64,000 nt of DNA, taken from positions 1 through 64,000 of the forward strand of contig CAVVHS010000009.1 of the NCBI GenBank assembly GCA_963748215.1, read 5' to 3'. Source of the DNA: an uncultured Gammaproteobacteria bacterium. Lineage in GTDB: Bacteria; Pseudomonadota; Gammaproteobacteria; UBA9214. This document shows positions 1 to 12,900 of the stretch, in pieces (the stretch's first letter is position 1; every line of letters starts with the position of its first letter). The notes under the pieces are model-generated. The model ran no database searches and was not told the DNA's origin. It saw nothing but the letters and a program-made list of their open reading frames with translations. The translations under genes and the position numbers were made by a program.

Positions 1-17
1 TTCTGAAGAAAAAAGTC

Positions 18-278
18 ATGCTGCTGATATCCCTGCTGTGTTTTGCCTGGGGTATCCCGGCCACCGTCTCTGCCGCGGAAACCCTGTTCAGCAAGGCGCG
101 TTTCTCCCAGTTGCTGGAGGGTGACGTAGAGCTGGCCCCGGTTGGGCATCGGGCTGGCCTGCACATGACGTTCAAGTCGCCCTCGGATTACGGGGATGCC
201 TTCAATGCGGCGCATGCCGACAGCCCGGGCGGTAACGGCAGTGGTGTTCATTTCTCCGTGCGGATGCCCTGGAAATAA
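18..278 (+). CDS. small hypothetical secreted protein
   Basis: 86-aa ORF with signal-peptide-like N-terminus (..ATVSA|AE); may start upstream of the window. Confidence 0.5.
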   Translation: MLLISLLCFAWGIPATVSAAETLFSKARFSQLLEGDVELAPVGHRAGLHMTFKSPSDYGDAFNAAHADSPGGNGSGVHFSVRMPWK

Positions 279-323
279 ACCCCGGGCTGCACGACCTGTG
301 CAGCCTTCATCCTGATAGTCCCG

Positions 324-1106
324 TTACCCGCGTCGCGCTGCCCGGTTGGCCAGCGCGGCAAATTCCTCCAGGCCCAGTGTTTCGGCGCGTGCCGTCGGAT
401 CGACCCCCGCCAGTCTGATCTCGTCAGCCTCCAGCAGGTCGCGCAGCGCGTTGCGCAGGGTCTTGCGCCGCTGGGCGAAGGCCTGCCGCACCAGCGTGGC
501 AAACACGGCCTCGTCGGCGACGGTCACCGGCGGGCTGGCAAACGGCACCAGACGCACAAAGGCCGAGTCCACTTTCGGCGGTGGAGTGAAGGCGCCAGGA
601 CCGATAGTGAACAGCGGATACACCTTGCAGCGGTATTGCAGCATGACGCTCAGGCGGCCGTACTGGCCGCTGCCTGGCGATGCGGCCATGCGCTCCACCA
701 CTTCCTTCTGCAGCATGAAATGCATGTCGCCGATGCACCGGCTCTGGTCCAGCAGGTGAAACAGCAGCGGCGTGGAAATGTTGTAAGGCAGATTACCGAC
801 GATTCTCAGTGCTGCCCCGTCAGCCAGGCTGCAGAAATCGAAGCGCAGGGCGTCGGTGTTATGTACCGTGAGCTCACCGGTCGCGCGGCAGCGGTTCTGC
901 AGCGGCTGTATCAGGTCGCGGTCGAGTTCGATGACCGTGAGCCTGCCGGCTGCCTCGAGCAGGGGCAGCGTTATCGCACCCTGGCCCGGACCAATCTCGA
1001 CCAGCTGTTCGCCTGGACGTGGCCGGACTGCGGCGACGATATTTTCGATGACGGCCGGGTCATGCAGAAAATTCTGGCCGAACCTTTTCCTGGGACGGTG
1101 GCTCAA
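324..1106 (-). CDS. rsmA: 16S rRNA m6,2A1518/1519 dimethyltransferase
   Basis: PRKRFGQNFL, EIGPGQGAIT, GNLPYNIS, QRRKTLRN motifs. Confidence 0.97.
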   Translation of the reverse strand: MSHRPRKRFGQNFLHDPAVIENIVAAVRPRPGEQLVEIGPGQGAITLPLLEAAGRLTVIELDRDLIQPLQNRCRATGELTVHNTDALRFDFCSLADGAALRIVGNLPYNISTPLLFHLLDQSRCIGDMHFMLQKEVVERMAASPGSGQYGRLSVMLQYRCKVYPLFTIGPGAFTPPPKVDSAFVRLVPFASPPVTVADEAVFATLVRQAFAQRRKTLRNALRDLLEADEIRLAGVDPTARAETLGLEEFAALANRAARRG

Positions 1107-1565
1107 GGGCTTGTCCTGGTGTTTGCGAAGGAATTCAGCCGATTATGAAGGAGTGGGTTGGGAATGCCCACGGGGATCAGGAATTTAGGGCTTCGCGGAG
1201 AAAGACAGTGGGTCGCTTCGATTTTCGCGGCGGTTGGAATCACAACTTTGAAACCGGCCCCACATGCTTCGGCCATCGCCTGGTAATCTGAGACGCATGG
1301 CAGCCTCGCAAGGACGCGATCATGTTGCCGTTGCCGGCTGGCAAGGACGCCAGTGAGGGTGTCGGCGCGCCGCCCAAGAAGAAAGCCAAAATGTCTTTGG
1401 AGACTTTGGATGACAAGTTATTCGGTTACCTGATGTCCGGTCCGCCAGGAGATAGATTTGAGTGCTTGGCAAAGAAGCTCTATGCAGCAGAATTGGGTGT
1501 GATCTGTGACGCTGTCTCCCGTTAGAGAGATCATTGAAAACTCGAGAGCTGTGCGACGATGGCTC

Positions 1566-1595
1566 CTGGCCGAACCTTTTCCTTGGATTGTGCAT
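1566..1595 (-). pseudogene. duplicated 5' end of rsmA (MHNPRKRFGQ)
   Basis: CTGGCCGAACCTTTTCCT at 1566-1583 is identical to 1074-1091; encodes HxPRKRFGQ like the RsmA N-terminus. Confidence 0.7.
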
Positions 1596-1852
1596 CGGGC
1601 GAGCGTTCCGGAACTGGTGCCTGCGTGCAATGAAGCGGCAACCATATCATGCGGCTTGCCCGGCGCACACAGCATGGCTGTCAGTGCTGCCGCATGTTCA
1701 GTTATGACGGCGGTATGCCTGTGCGGTTCCGGCCCCGGTTGCGCGGTCACGGTGGACAGTCAGGCCTGATTGACGCAACAATGGACTCTGCCGTCGGTTG
1801 GGACGACGCGGTGTTGCCGTGTTCGCCGGTGCTGGCGGGCGAGGAGTCGGTC

Positions 1853-2272
1853 ATGGACAGGTTTACGCGTAACTACAGTATTTTTCTGGGTCTCGTGGTG
1901 CTCGGCTTGCTGCTGTGGGTATTCAGCGAGGATCCGCAGGTCACGGAATTGAACGAACTGCTCGACAGCGATGCCGGGCTTGCAGCCTATCCGTACCGGT
2001 TCCGTGTGTTCAGCCTGCAGGACGGGGTCGCGGTTATGGGTACACCACGCAGCGCCGAATTCCCCGCCTTCCGGGCACTGGAGATACTCTACCCCGGGCT
2101 GGGTGGCCGTGACCAGGATGATCCGGACCTGATGGCGGGCCAGCTGGAGATGGCGCGCATTCAGGAGCATGCGCGCACGCTCGTGCTGGAGTCCGGCAAG
2201 GTAAAGCAGGTACGCTGGGAACTGGACAGCAACTGGCTGACCAGGCACGGTATATCGGCGGATACCTACTGA
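1853..2272 (+). CDS. hypothetical membrane-anchored protein
   Basis: ATG after GAGGAG RBS, single N-terminal TM helix, host-like codon usage. Confidence 0.75.
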   Translation: MDRFTRNYSIFLGLVVLGLLLWVFSEDPQVTELNELLDSDAGLAAYPYRFRVFSLQDGVAVMGTPRSAEFPAFRALEILYPGLGGRDQDDPDLMAGQLEMARIQEHARTLVLESGKVKQVRWELDSNWLTRHGISADTY

Positions 2273-2294
2273 GCCTGTCCAGCCCGGGTTGATG

Positions 2295-2613
2295 CTAGCC
2301 CGCATTTCTCACCGGGATCCCGGAGAAGGTGAGCCATTTTTACGGGCGTAGCCCGGGTCGAGAGGCTGGCCTGGGCCATGCTGGTCGCTCCCGGCATCCT
2401 GCCTCCCGCGACGATGGACAGGAGTCCGAGTGTCGCGAAGTACAGGGATGTGCGAGAGCGACCACTTGAACGCCCCTGTACATCGCAAGTACGGGTGCAC
2501 GAGAACCAGCCAGGGCCGGGATAGGCAATGCCCGTTGACACGCTGGTTTATGCCGAACTGGCATCATTTCAGCTCATTATGTGAAATAACTGCCGCCCGG
2601 TGAGAAATGCGGG

Positions 2614-2617
<4 letters not shown>
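2295..2617. mobile_element. MITE copy 1 (CTAG-bounded, ~22-bp terminal inverted repeats)
   Basis: CTAGCCCGCATTTCTCACCGGG ... CCCGGTGAGAAATGCGGGCTAG; same ends at 19884-20562 and 28844-29091. Confidence 0.85.
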
Positions 2618-3573
<956 letters not shown>

Positions 3574-3616
3574 CTCCCCGTTCGCTTGTGCGTTGCCCGG
3601 CATCACTTGCGACCCG

Positions 3617-4615
3617 TCAGTCGGACCATTGCCGCGCCATCTCCACCGCGTGGCGCATGGCCACCCGCAGGCTGCCGGTATCGACGCGCCCGGTGCCGGC
3701 GAGTTCCAGGGCGGTGCCGTGGTCGACCGAGGTGCGGATGATCGGCAGTCCGAGCGTGATGTTGACGGCGCGGCCGAAGCCGACATGTTTCAGCACCGGC
3801 AGGCCCTGGTCATGGTACATGGCGAGGATGGCGTCGCTGGCCGCGATGCTGTCCGGGGTGAATACCGTGTCGGCCGGCACCGGGCCGGCCAGGTCCATGC
3901 CCGCTGCCCGAAGCTTGTCGAGTACCGGGCTGATCACCTCGTGTTCCTCGTGGCCAAGGTGCCCGCCCTCGCCGGCATGAGGATTGAGACCGCACACCTT
4001 GATGTGCGGCCGTTCAATGCCGAAGCGGGTTTGCAGGTCGTGGTGCAATACACCGAGCACACGCTGCAGGCGCGCAGCGGTTATCAGAGAGCTGACCCTG
4101 GCCAGCGGCACGTGCGTGGTGACCAGCGCGACGCGCAGCTCGCCGGCGGCAAGCAGCATGACCACATCACGGGTGCCGGTCGCTGCCGCCAGGTACTCGG
4201 TATGGCCACTGAAGGGAATGTCGGCATCGTTGATAATGGCCTTGTGTACCGGCCCGGTCACCAGCGCGGCAAAGCGGCCGTCCAGGCAGCCGGCAACCGC
4301 GGCATCCAGCGTGTCGAGGACGTAGCGTGCGTTGCTGCTGTCCAGTACGCCGCACTGCACCGGGGCGCGCAATGCAACCGGTGCAACGCAATACTCGCCG
4401 GTCTCGGCAGGACGCGGCGCGGCGTCCGGATCGAAATTGCGGATGCGTGCCGGCAGCCCGAGACGCTCGGCACGCGCCGTCAGCAGGGCGGGGTCGCAGA
4501 CGAAGACCGCCTCGACATCGGGTGGCAGGTGGGCTTGCAGCAGCAGGCACAGGTCAGGCCCGATACCAGCAGGTTCGCCGGGCGTAACAGCTATGCGGAG
4601 TACATCAGCGGTCAA
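3617..4615 (-). CDS. pdxA: 4-hydroxythreonine-4-phosphate dehydrogenase
   Basis: GEPAGIGPD, NPHAGEGG, MYHDQGL, IRTSVDHGTA; follows surA. Confidence 0.97.
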   Translation of the reverse strand: MTADVLRIAVTPGEPAGIGPDLCLLLQAHLPPDVEAVFVCDPALLTARAERLGLPARIRNFDPDAAPRPAETGEYCVAPVALRAPVQCGVLDSSNARYVLDTLDAAVAGCLDGRFAALVTGPVHKAIINDADIPFSGHTEYLAAATGTRDVVMLLAAGELRVALVTTHVPLARVSSLITAARLQRVLGVLHHDLQTRFGIERPHIKVCGLNPHAGEGGHLGHEEHEVISPVLDKLRAAGMDLAGPVPADTVFTPDSIAASDAILAMYHDQGLPVLKHVGFGRAVNITLGLPIIRTSVDHGTALELAGTGRVDTGSLRVAMRHAVEMARQWSD

Positions 4616-4626
4616 GGCAGTGCGCG

Positions 4627-5949
4627 CTAACTTTCGTCGACGCGGTATTCCACGTAGGCTTCGTCGCGCAGGCGCCGCAGCCAGAGCAACAGTTCCTCGT
4701 CGTACTTGCGCGAGCGGATCAGGTTCCTGATGCGGTTGCGTTCGAATTCTTCCGTGTTGTCATGATCGCGGTATTCCTGGACCTGGATCAGATGCCAGCC
4801 GAAGCGCGTGTATACCGGTTCGCTGATTTCGCCCGGGGCGAGCTTGTTCATGGCTGCCTCGAAATCGGGGATGGTGTCGCCCGGGCCGAGCCAGCCGAGG
4901 TCACCGCCCTTGGCCGCCGACAGCGTGTCCTGAGAATTCGAGCGCGCCAGGGTCGCGAAGTCCTCGCCCGCGCGCAGGCGCATCGCCAGCTGCCTGATGC
5001 GGACGCGGTTCTCTGCTTCGCTGTGCAGGTCGTCCTCCTTCAGCAGGATATGGCGTGCGCGCGTCTGGCGCATGATGTGACGCTCGTCGCCGCGTTTTTC
5101 CACCAGCTTGATGATGTGAAAGCCGCCGGGGCTGCGGATCAGTCCGGAGACATCGCCCGTCTGCAGGGTCTGCAACGGTTCGACGAACAGCTCGGGCATC
5201 TGGCCGAGGCTGCGCCAGCCGATATCGCCGCCTTCCAGGGCGGTCTGGGCGTCCGATTCGGCAATTGCGATTTCGGCAAAGTCGGCGTTCGCGCGCAGGC
5301 GCCGGAGAATGTCCGTGGCGCGCTGTTCCGCGGCCTGGATCTGTTCCGGACTGGCGGCTTCGGGAATCGCGACCAGTATGTGAGCGAGGTGATATTCCAC
5401 GTCGCCCGAGCCGCTGGTCTTGAGGGTGGCCAGCAGATTGTCGACTTCCTGGTCGGTTACACGGATGCGACTGCTGACCATCTGCCGGCGCAGTTCCTGG
5501 ATCAGCAGCTGCTTGCGCAGGTCCTCGCGGAAGGCCGCGTAGCTGAAGCCGTCGCGCTCGATGACGGCGCGGAAGTCGGAGACCGAGATGCCATTCTTGC
5601 GGGCCAGGTCCTGCACTTCGCTGTTCAGCGTACTGTCGTCGATCGACATGCCATTGGTCTCGGCGAGCTGCAGCTGCAGTTTTTCGACTACCAGGCGCTC
5701 CAGTACCTGCCGTTCCAGCACGCTGCGCTCCGGCAACTGGGTGCCCTTTTCGCGCAGCTGTGAAATCACGCTGGCCGTGGAAGTATCCAGCTCGCTGGAG
5801 ACGATGATACCGTCGTTGACGACGGCGACGATGCGGTTCAGCAGGCCCTGCCCGGACGCCGGTGACGCCGCCGGATCATCGGCGGCAACCGCTGCGCCGG
5901 CGCCAAGGGCCAGCAGCGCCAGCGCAGCCAGGAATCGGGGGTATTTCAT
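4627..5949 (-). CDS. surA: periplasmic chaperone/PPIase SurA
   Basis: signal peptide, RIVAVVND, two parvulin domains (HIL..GGDIGW / GGDLGW). Confidence 0.95.
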   Translation of the reverse strand: MKYPRFLAALALLALGAGAAVAADDPAASPASGQGLLNRIVAVVNDGIIVSSELDTSTASVISQLREKGTQLPERSVLERQVLERLVVEKLQLQLAETNGMSIDDSTLNSEVQDLARKNGISVSDFRAVIERDGFSYAAFREDLRKQLLIQELRRQMVSSRIRVTDQEVDNLLATLKTSGSGDVEYHLAHILVAIPEAASPEQIQAAEQRATDILRRLRANADFAEIAIAESDAQTALEGGDIGWRSLGQMPELFVEPLQTLQTGDVSGLIRSPGGFHIIKLVEKRGDERHIMRQTRARHILLKEDDLHSEAENRVRIRQLAMRLRAGEDFATLARSNSQDTLSAAKGGDLGWLGPGDTIPDFEAAMNKLAPGEISEPVYTRFGWHLIQVQEYRDHDNTEEFERNRIRNLIRSRKYDEELLLWLRRLRDEAYVEYRVDES

Positions 5950-5967
5950 AGTGTCAGTTCTTGAATA

Positions 5968-8548
5968 TCAGTTATCGGATTGGTAGCCAAGAATACCACG
6001 TTCGAGCGCATCATCGACGCTGGTGCCCAGCTTGCCGAGGCCCTTGAACTCCAGCTGCAGGAACACGGCGGTGGTACGCGCACTGCCGTCGTTGTTGATG
6101 TAGTTGCGGGCCAGCAACTGTACGCCCCAGCAGCAGCGCTCGTAACCCAGACCACCCAGCGCCTCGATAGTTTCATCCGCCGTGACATCGTAGTACCAGC
6201 GGCCGACCATGTGCCAGGCATTGCCGAGCGGCCACAGGAAGGACACGTCTGTCTGTTCCTGGATGCCGTTGCGGTACCGGTAGCCGAGATTGATGAGCCG
6301 GCGCGGGTCGAGACGGTATTGCACGCGGAAGTTGTTGCGCTCGGTGCGGGACTCATGCGGGTTCCAGAGCACCTCGCCGCGTGCCGTCCAGTGGCGCGTC
6401 AGCGCCAGCGACAGCTCGGCGATGATGTCCGAGCTGCTGTCCAGGGAGGCGGGGTTGCCCGGCAGGGTGACGGTGCGGTCGCGGAAGTACAGCAGCGAAC
6501 CCAGGCTGGCACTGAGCAGCTGCCGGCCGCTGGCGGGGTCCAGGACACGCGTGGTGACGGCCAGCGCCAGCTGGTTGGCGTCACCCATGCGGTCCGGCCC
6601 GTTGAAGCGGTTGTCGCGGAACAACGCCCAGAAATTGGAATCGTAGATGCCGGTATCGAACACCGGCAGGTCGGTCTGGTCCTTGTCCGGCACGTACAGG
6701 TAGAACAGGCGCGGTTCCAGTGTCTGCACGTAGGGATGGTCTCCCCAGCTGCCGTTGCGTTCGAAGAAGGTGCCGGCATCGAGACTGTAGACCGGCGTGG
6801 TGCGGCTCGGGCTGTCATCCATGCCGGCGCTGACGTTGTCCAGCGCGTAGGTGGTATGGCGTACGCTCAGTGCCGGCTCGATATACCCGCCGGCGCGGCG
6901 CAGCGGCAGGCTGAGGCGCGGCTGTATATCGAAGCGGGTGCCTTTCACCAGCGTATTGTCGCTGTGGGTGAAATAGTTGAGTTCCGCCCTGGCTGAACTG
7001 CGCAGGCCGAGGAAGCGTTGTCGCCGGGCTGAGCTCGTAAACGATTTGCGGCAACTGCCGGTAGGGCCGGTCCGCCGGTGCCAGCGTGGTGTCGATGTTC
7101 TGGAAGTCCTGAACGGTCAGTCCCATGTTCCAGTCGCGCCCGTGCCAGACGGCGTGCGCGGTGCGTTCCAGGCTCGTCTGGCTGGTGGTCGCCAGGTCGC
7201 TGCCGAAGTCCCCGAAATAGAACGGATCGGATACATCGCCGGCCCTGATGTAGGTTTCCAGTCGCGGTTTCGGATTGGCGCTATGTGACAGGCTGACGAA
7301 GCTGCGGTCACGGTTGCTGAATTCATCGTCCGACGGCAGGTATTCCGCGGTCAGGGTGCCGGCGCTGTGTGCGGTCATGAAACGGAATTCACCGCCCAGC
7401 ATGGTGCCGCGGTCGGTCATGATGCGCGGGGTGATGGTGGCGTCGCGGTTCGGCGCGATGTTCCAGTACCACGGGATGCTGATATCGACACCGGTCTCAT
7501 CGGTCGTGCCGACCTTCGGAAACAGCAGGCCGGACTTGCGCCGGTCATCAAGCGGGAAACTGATGTACGGCGTGTAGAGAATCGGTACGCGCTTGAAGGT
7601 CAGCTTGGCGTCGCGCGCGGTAACGATACCCTCGTCATGGTCGATTTCGACCTCGTCCGCCGACAGCAGCCAGTCCTGGTTGCCGGGCGGGCAAGTGGTG
7701 TAGGACGCCTCTTCCAGGCGCTGGCGGTGGCTGCCTTCCAGGCTGAGCACGCCGGCCACGCCGCGCGCGTGCTGGTTGGGCAAGGTATAGGTGATGCCGC
7801 GCAGGGTGCCCAGTTCTTGCTCGGACTGCAGCAGCGCCGAGTCGCCGGTCACCTGCAGGTCGGGCGTTGTGAAACGGATACCGCCAGCGGCCTCGATCTC
7901 GCCGGTCTGCTGCCGGAAGGTGATATCGCTTGCCTGCAGCAGGCGGTTGCCGTAACGGACCACGGCATCGCCGCTCAAGGTGAAGACGCGGTCGGCGCTG
8001 GCGTCCGCGCTGTCCGCCTCCAGGCCGATCAGGTCCGTTGCGTCACCGATTGCGGGGAGGTCGGTGCCGGTGTCCAGTGTCATCGGCGGGCACATTGCCC
8101 AGCGATCCGGCTTGACGGTGCCGCTTGCATCCGGCGCGGCCCTGTCGGTTGTGGCTGCCGGCGCTTGCACGCCTGGTTCCGTATCGGGTGCAGGGGCCGG
8201 GGCCGGTGTCGCCGCGGTGGAGGGTTGATCTGTCGTTTGCGGTGCAGCCGGGGCCGTGGCTGTCGTGTCCGTCGAGACCGCGTCTGGCGCGATCCCGGTC
8301 GCGGTATCGGCCGCATTCGGCTGAGGCGCGGCCGCGGGCGCCGGCGCCGGGGGTATGGCGGGCTCGGTGACGGGTGCAGCATCGAGCGGCGCGGCAGGGA
8401 ACGCCGGCTGCATTGCCGGTGTCTCACTGGCGGAGCAATCCCACTCACCGTCCGGTCGCTGGCTGCAATCCCATTGCGCGCTGGCCGGCGCTGGCTGGGC
8501 CAGCAGCAGGGCCAGCGTCATGACTGGCAGCGCGTTGCGCCGCGTCAT
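5968..8548 (-). CDS. lptD: LPS-assembly protein LptD (apparent +1 frameshift at ~7024)
   Basis: YTTCPPG, DRRKSGLL, PWYWNIAPN, TLEPRLFYLY, DANQL motifs split over two ORFs; removing one base at 7024-7025 joins them. Confidence 0.9.
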
Positions 8549-8709
8549 GCGCCCGGATTCCGGCCTGTAGGGCAGCGTAACGGAAAACTCGGCAGGCAGA
8601 TGCACATACAGGAACGTTTCAAGCTTGATATTGACCCCGGCCGGCCGGATGGCGGACGCGAGGTAAAATCGCATAGAATGGACTCACTTTCAAACAATTT
8701 ATAATCAGT

Positions 8710-9894
8710 GTGTTAGCTATCAAGTCATCCATTCAGCGCTACCTCCTGCTGGGCCTGCTCGCGGCCGCCGTACTGCTGGTACTGACGGCGCCGGAACAGG
8801 AGGCCGAACTGCGCGAGGCGGTGCCCACACGCATCAAGGCCGTCACAGTCGGCCTGCACGATCTGGTGCCGGCCGAGACGGTAAGCGGGCGGCTGGAGCC
8901 CGCGCGCAAGGCGTCGCTGCATTTCGAGCTGTCCGGGCAGGTGGCCACGCGTGCGGTCGAGCCCGGCCAGGCGGTGGCGGCCGGCGACCTGCTGCTGGCG
9001 CTGGCGGCCGGCGACTTCCAGGACGCGCTGGTCGAGGCCGAGGCCCAGCTCACGCAGGAGCAGCGCAATATCCAGCGCGACCGCGAGCTGCTCAAGCTGG
9101 CGCGCCAGAATTACGCCTTGCAGAAAAATGACCTCGAGCGGCTGGAGCAGCTCGGCGCGGAATCGCTGGTGTCGAAATCGCACCTCGACGAGGTGCGCAT
9201 CCAGCTGATCCGGCTGGAATCCGAGGTCGCGCAGCTCAAGTCCAGCACGGCATCGGCGGATGCGCGCCTGGCGCTGAAGGAGACCGCGCGCAACCGTGCC
9301 GCACGCAATCTCGAGCGCACCCGGTTGCAGGCACCGTTTGACGGCACCGTAAACAGCGTCGATGCCCAGGCCGGCGATTACGTCACGCCCAGCCGGCATA
9401 TTGTCGGCCTGGTCGACGCGGCCAGCCTGGATATGTACGTCGAGGTGCGCGGCGACGTGATGGAATCCCTGGCACAGGGGCAGGCGGTGGAGGTCGAGGT
9501 CGGCGGCAAGTCGCTGCCGGGCGTGGTGTTCGCGATCCAGCTCGACCCGGACCCGATGACCTTCACCCATGCCCTGCGCGTGCGCCTGGCAGGCAACGGC
9601 GCGCGCCCGGGGCAGGTGGCACGGGTGCGCCTGCCCTTGCAGGCCTTGCAACAGGTGGTGGCGGTGCCGGCCACCGCGGTGCTGTACGAGGAGGGCCAGA
9701 CTTTCGTGTTCCGGGTCAACGGCGACACGCTGGAGCGGATCGAGGTCGTGCTTGGCCAGCGCGTCGGCGAGTGGCAGGAAATCCGCGCCGGCATCGCCAG
9801 GGACGCGCTGGTCGTGGCGCGTGACGTCGCGGCACTCAGCGACGGCCAGGTCGTGAGCATCGAGCGCCTGCCCGCACCGCAGCCCGCATCCTGA
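8710..9894 (+). CDS. RND efflux periplasmic adaptor (MFP)
   Basis: LQAPFDGTV, coiled-coil, upstream of RND permease. Confidence 0.9.
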   Translation: MLAIKSSIQRYLLLGLLAAAVLLVLTAPEQEAELREAVPTRIKAVTVGLHDLVPAETVSGRLEPARKASLHFELSGQVATRAVEPGQAVAAGDLLLALAAGDFQDALVEAEAQLTQEQRNIQRDRELLKLARQNYALQKNDLERLEQLGAESLVSKSHLDEVRIQLIRLESEVAQLKSSTASADARLALKETARNRAARNLERTRLQAPFDGTVNSVDAQAGDYVTPSRHIVGLVDAASLDMYVEVRGDVMESLAQGQAVEVEVGGKSLPGVVFAIQLDPDPMTFTHALRVRLAGNGARPGQVARVRLPLQALQQVVAVPATAVLYEEGQTFVFRVNGDTLERIEVVLGQRVGEWQEIRAGIARDALVVARDVAALSDGQVVSIERLPAPQPAS

Positions 9895-9913
9895 GCGTCC
9901 GTCAGCACCGCCG

Positions 9914-12900
9914 ATGTCGCTGATCCGCTTTTCCATCAATAACCCGCTGGTCACCAACCTGCTGCTGGGCATCGTGGTGATTCTTGGCGTGCTGGCATGG
10001 CGGGCCATGCCGCAGGAGATGTTTCCGACCGTCGAGCTGGACGCGGTCAGTATCAGCGTCATCTTCGAGGGTGCCTCGCCGGAGGAGGTCGAACGCCAGG
10101 TCACCATCCCCATCGAGGAAGAGTTCGAGGGCATGCCGGAGATCGACGAAATCACCTCGACCAGCAGCGAGGGTGCGACCTCGATCCTGATCAAGCTCAA
10201 GTCGGGCACCGACGTCGACCAGTACATGCGCGATGCGCAGACGGCGCTCGACCAGGTGACCGACCTGCCGGAGGAGGCGGAGGAGCCGGAGCTGGTACGC
10301 GTCAAGGCGCGCTTCCCGGTGATCAGCCTGAGCCTGTACGGCGAGGTGTCGCGCGGCTTCCTGTACGAGCAGGCCGATCTCATCAAGGAACGCATGGCGA
10401 AACTGCCCGGCGTGGCCAGCGTCGGCGCCGCCGGTGACCGCGAGTGGGAGATCTGGGTCGAGGTCAATCCATTCGAACTCGCTGCGCACGGCGTATCGCT
10501 GAACGAGGTGCTGGCAGCCGTGCGCGGCAACCTGCGCGACCTGCCGGGCGGCTCGCTTAATGCGCGCGAGGGCGATATCCTGCTGCGTGGCAAGGGCGTG
10601 GCACCGCAGCCCGGGGACATCGGCGCCATCTCGGTGCGCAGCAACGACAGCGGCGGTCAGTTGCGCCTCGGCGAGATCGCGCATATCCAGCTGCGTCTCG
10701 AGGAGGCGCGCACCCTGGGCCGGTTCAACGGCCGGCCCTCGGTCAACCTGACCGTGACCAAGACGGTGGATGCCTCCACCATCGACGTGGCGGATGCGGT
10801 GCGCGTGTTTGCCGCGCAGCTGCGGACCGAGCTGCCGCCGACCATCGAGGTCGGCCTGTTCAATGATCTCTCGGTATACGTCAAGAACCGCCTCAACACG
10901 GTGAAGTCGTCCGGGCTGGTCGGCCTGGTGCTGGTGCTGCTGTCGCTGTACCTGTTCCTGAACTTCCGTGTCGCGCTGATCACTGCCTTGGGCATCCCGA
11001 TATCGTTCCTGGTCGCGGTGGTCGCGCTGTTCTACCTCGGCTACACCATCAACATGGTGTCGCTGTTCGCGTTTCTGATCGCGCTCGGTCTGATCGTCGA
11101 CGATGCGATCATCGTCACCGAGAACATGTACCGGCACATGGAGCAGGGCAAGCCCGCGCACGAGGCCGCATGCGTGGGTGCACAGGAAGTGCTGTGGCCG
11201 GTGATCGCCAGTACCGCCACCACGGTGGCTGCCTTCATGCCGATGTTTTCCATCAAGGGCGTGATGGGCGCGTTCATCGAGGTGATCCCGGTGGTGGTCA
11301 GTGCCGCGCTGCTCGGTTCGCTGTGGGAGGCGTTCGGCGTGCTGCCCTCGCATGCCGCCGAGCTGCTGCATGCCGGGAAGCGCGCGCAAAAGGCCGGCGA
11401 GCGCAGTGTGGACTGGAGCGGCCTGCTGGCACGCTACATCGGCTGGCTGCGCTGGGCGCTGGATAACCGCTACTTCGTGGCGCTGTTCAGCACCGGTCTG
11501 CTGGTGGTCACCATCATTTTCGCGGTGACGCGCGTGCCGTTCCAGCTGTTCGATGACGTCGATGTCGGGCAGTTCTTCATCAACGCCGAGGCGCCGCAAA
11601 CCTATAGCCTGGATGACACCGCGCGGCTGGCCGGCCTCATGGAACAGGTGGTGCTGGGCACGCTCGACGAGCAGGATCTCAGTACGCTGCTGACCAACGT
11701 CGGCGTGAGCTTCATCGACTTCAACCGCTTCCAGATCGGCAGTCACTACATCCAGCTGGTCGTGGACCTGCAGAAGGCGAAGCCGGAGGGCATCATCGAG
11801 CGTTTCATTTCGCCGCTGGTGAGTTTCGATTTCTCGGAGCAGGGTAGCCGCACCCGGCCGACCGAGGACATCATCAACGAGCTGCGCGAGAAACTCTCCG
11901 CGGTGGCCGGTATCCAGCGCATCTCCATCCAGCGCCCGCAGGGCGGGCCGGCCGGGGCTGACATCGAGGTCGGCGTGACCGGACGCGACGTGCGCGTGCT
12001 GCGCGACGAGGCCACGCGCATGGTCGAATACCTGCAGCGCCTGCCCGGGGTGCACGACGTGCGCCAGAACCTCGAGACAGGCAAGCTGGAGTTCCAGTAT
12101 TCGCTGAATGCGCGCGGCAAGGAACTCGGCCTGAAGCAGAGCGACCTGGCCGATGCCGTACGCACCGGTTTCCTCGGCGTCGAGGCGGTGCATGTCACGC
12201 GTGGCAACAAGCGCGTGCCGGTACGCGTGATCTACCCGGAGACCATCCGCCATTCCAGCGAACTGGCGGAACTGCCGCTGGTGCTGGGCGACGGCCGGCT
12301 GGTGTACCTCGGCGACGTGGCCGATATCACCACCGGGCGTGGCATGAACACCATCAGCCGGCGCGATACGCGCCGCCTCGGTATCGTCACCGCCGATGTC
12401 GACGACAACGTGACCACGCCGCTGGAGGTCACCGACCTGATCGGCAAGGAATTCGGCAATATCGAGTCGCGCCTGCCCGGCTACGAGCTGCTGTTCCTGG
12501 GCGAGAAGAAGGACGCCGGCGAGTCATTCAGCGGCATGAAGGACGCGCTGCTCATATCCGCTGCCATTATTTTCTTCATCCTCGCCGCGCTGTTCCGCTC
12601 GCTGCTCGATCCGCTGGTGGTGATGATCGCCATCCCGTTCGGCAGCATCGGCGTGGTGTTCGGTCATCTGCTGTTCGGCTACAACCTGCAGTTCCTGTCC
12701 GCGATCGGCTTCCTCGCGCTGACCGGCATCGTCGTCAACGACTCGCTCATCCTGGTGGATTTCGCCAAGCGCCTGCGCGCCGAGGGGCTGGACCGCGTCG
12801 AGGCGATGGTGCAGGCGGGCCGGGTGCGCATCCGCCCGATTCTGCTCACCAGTATCACCACCTTTCTCGGTATCTCGCCGCTGATCTTCTTCGCCACCGG

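Noticed and set aside
5968-8674. Programmed frameshifting in lptD (and lipA)
   Set aside because: No slippery heptamer, and several similar single-base indels in the window point to sequencing error.
8725-12253. Long minus-strand ORFs (639 and 783 aa)
   Set aside because: Antisense shadows of the GC-rich RND genes with no recognisable motifs. The same applies to most overlapping ORFs in the track.
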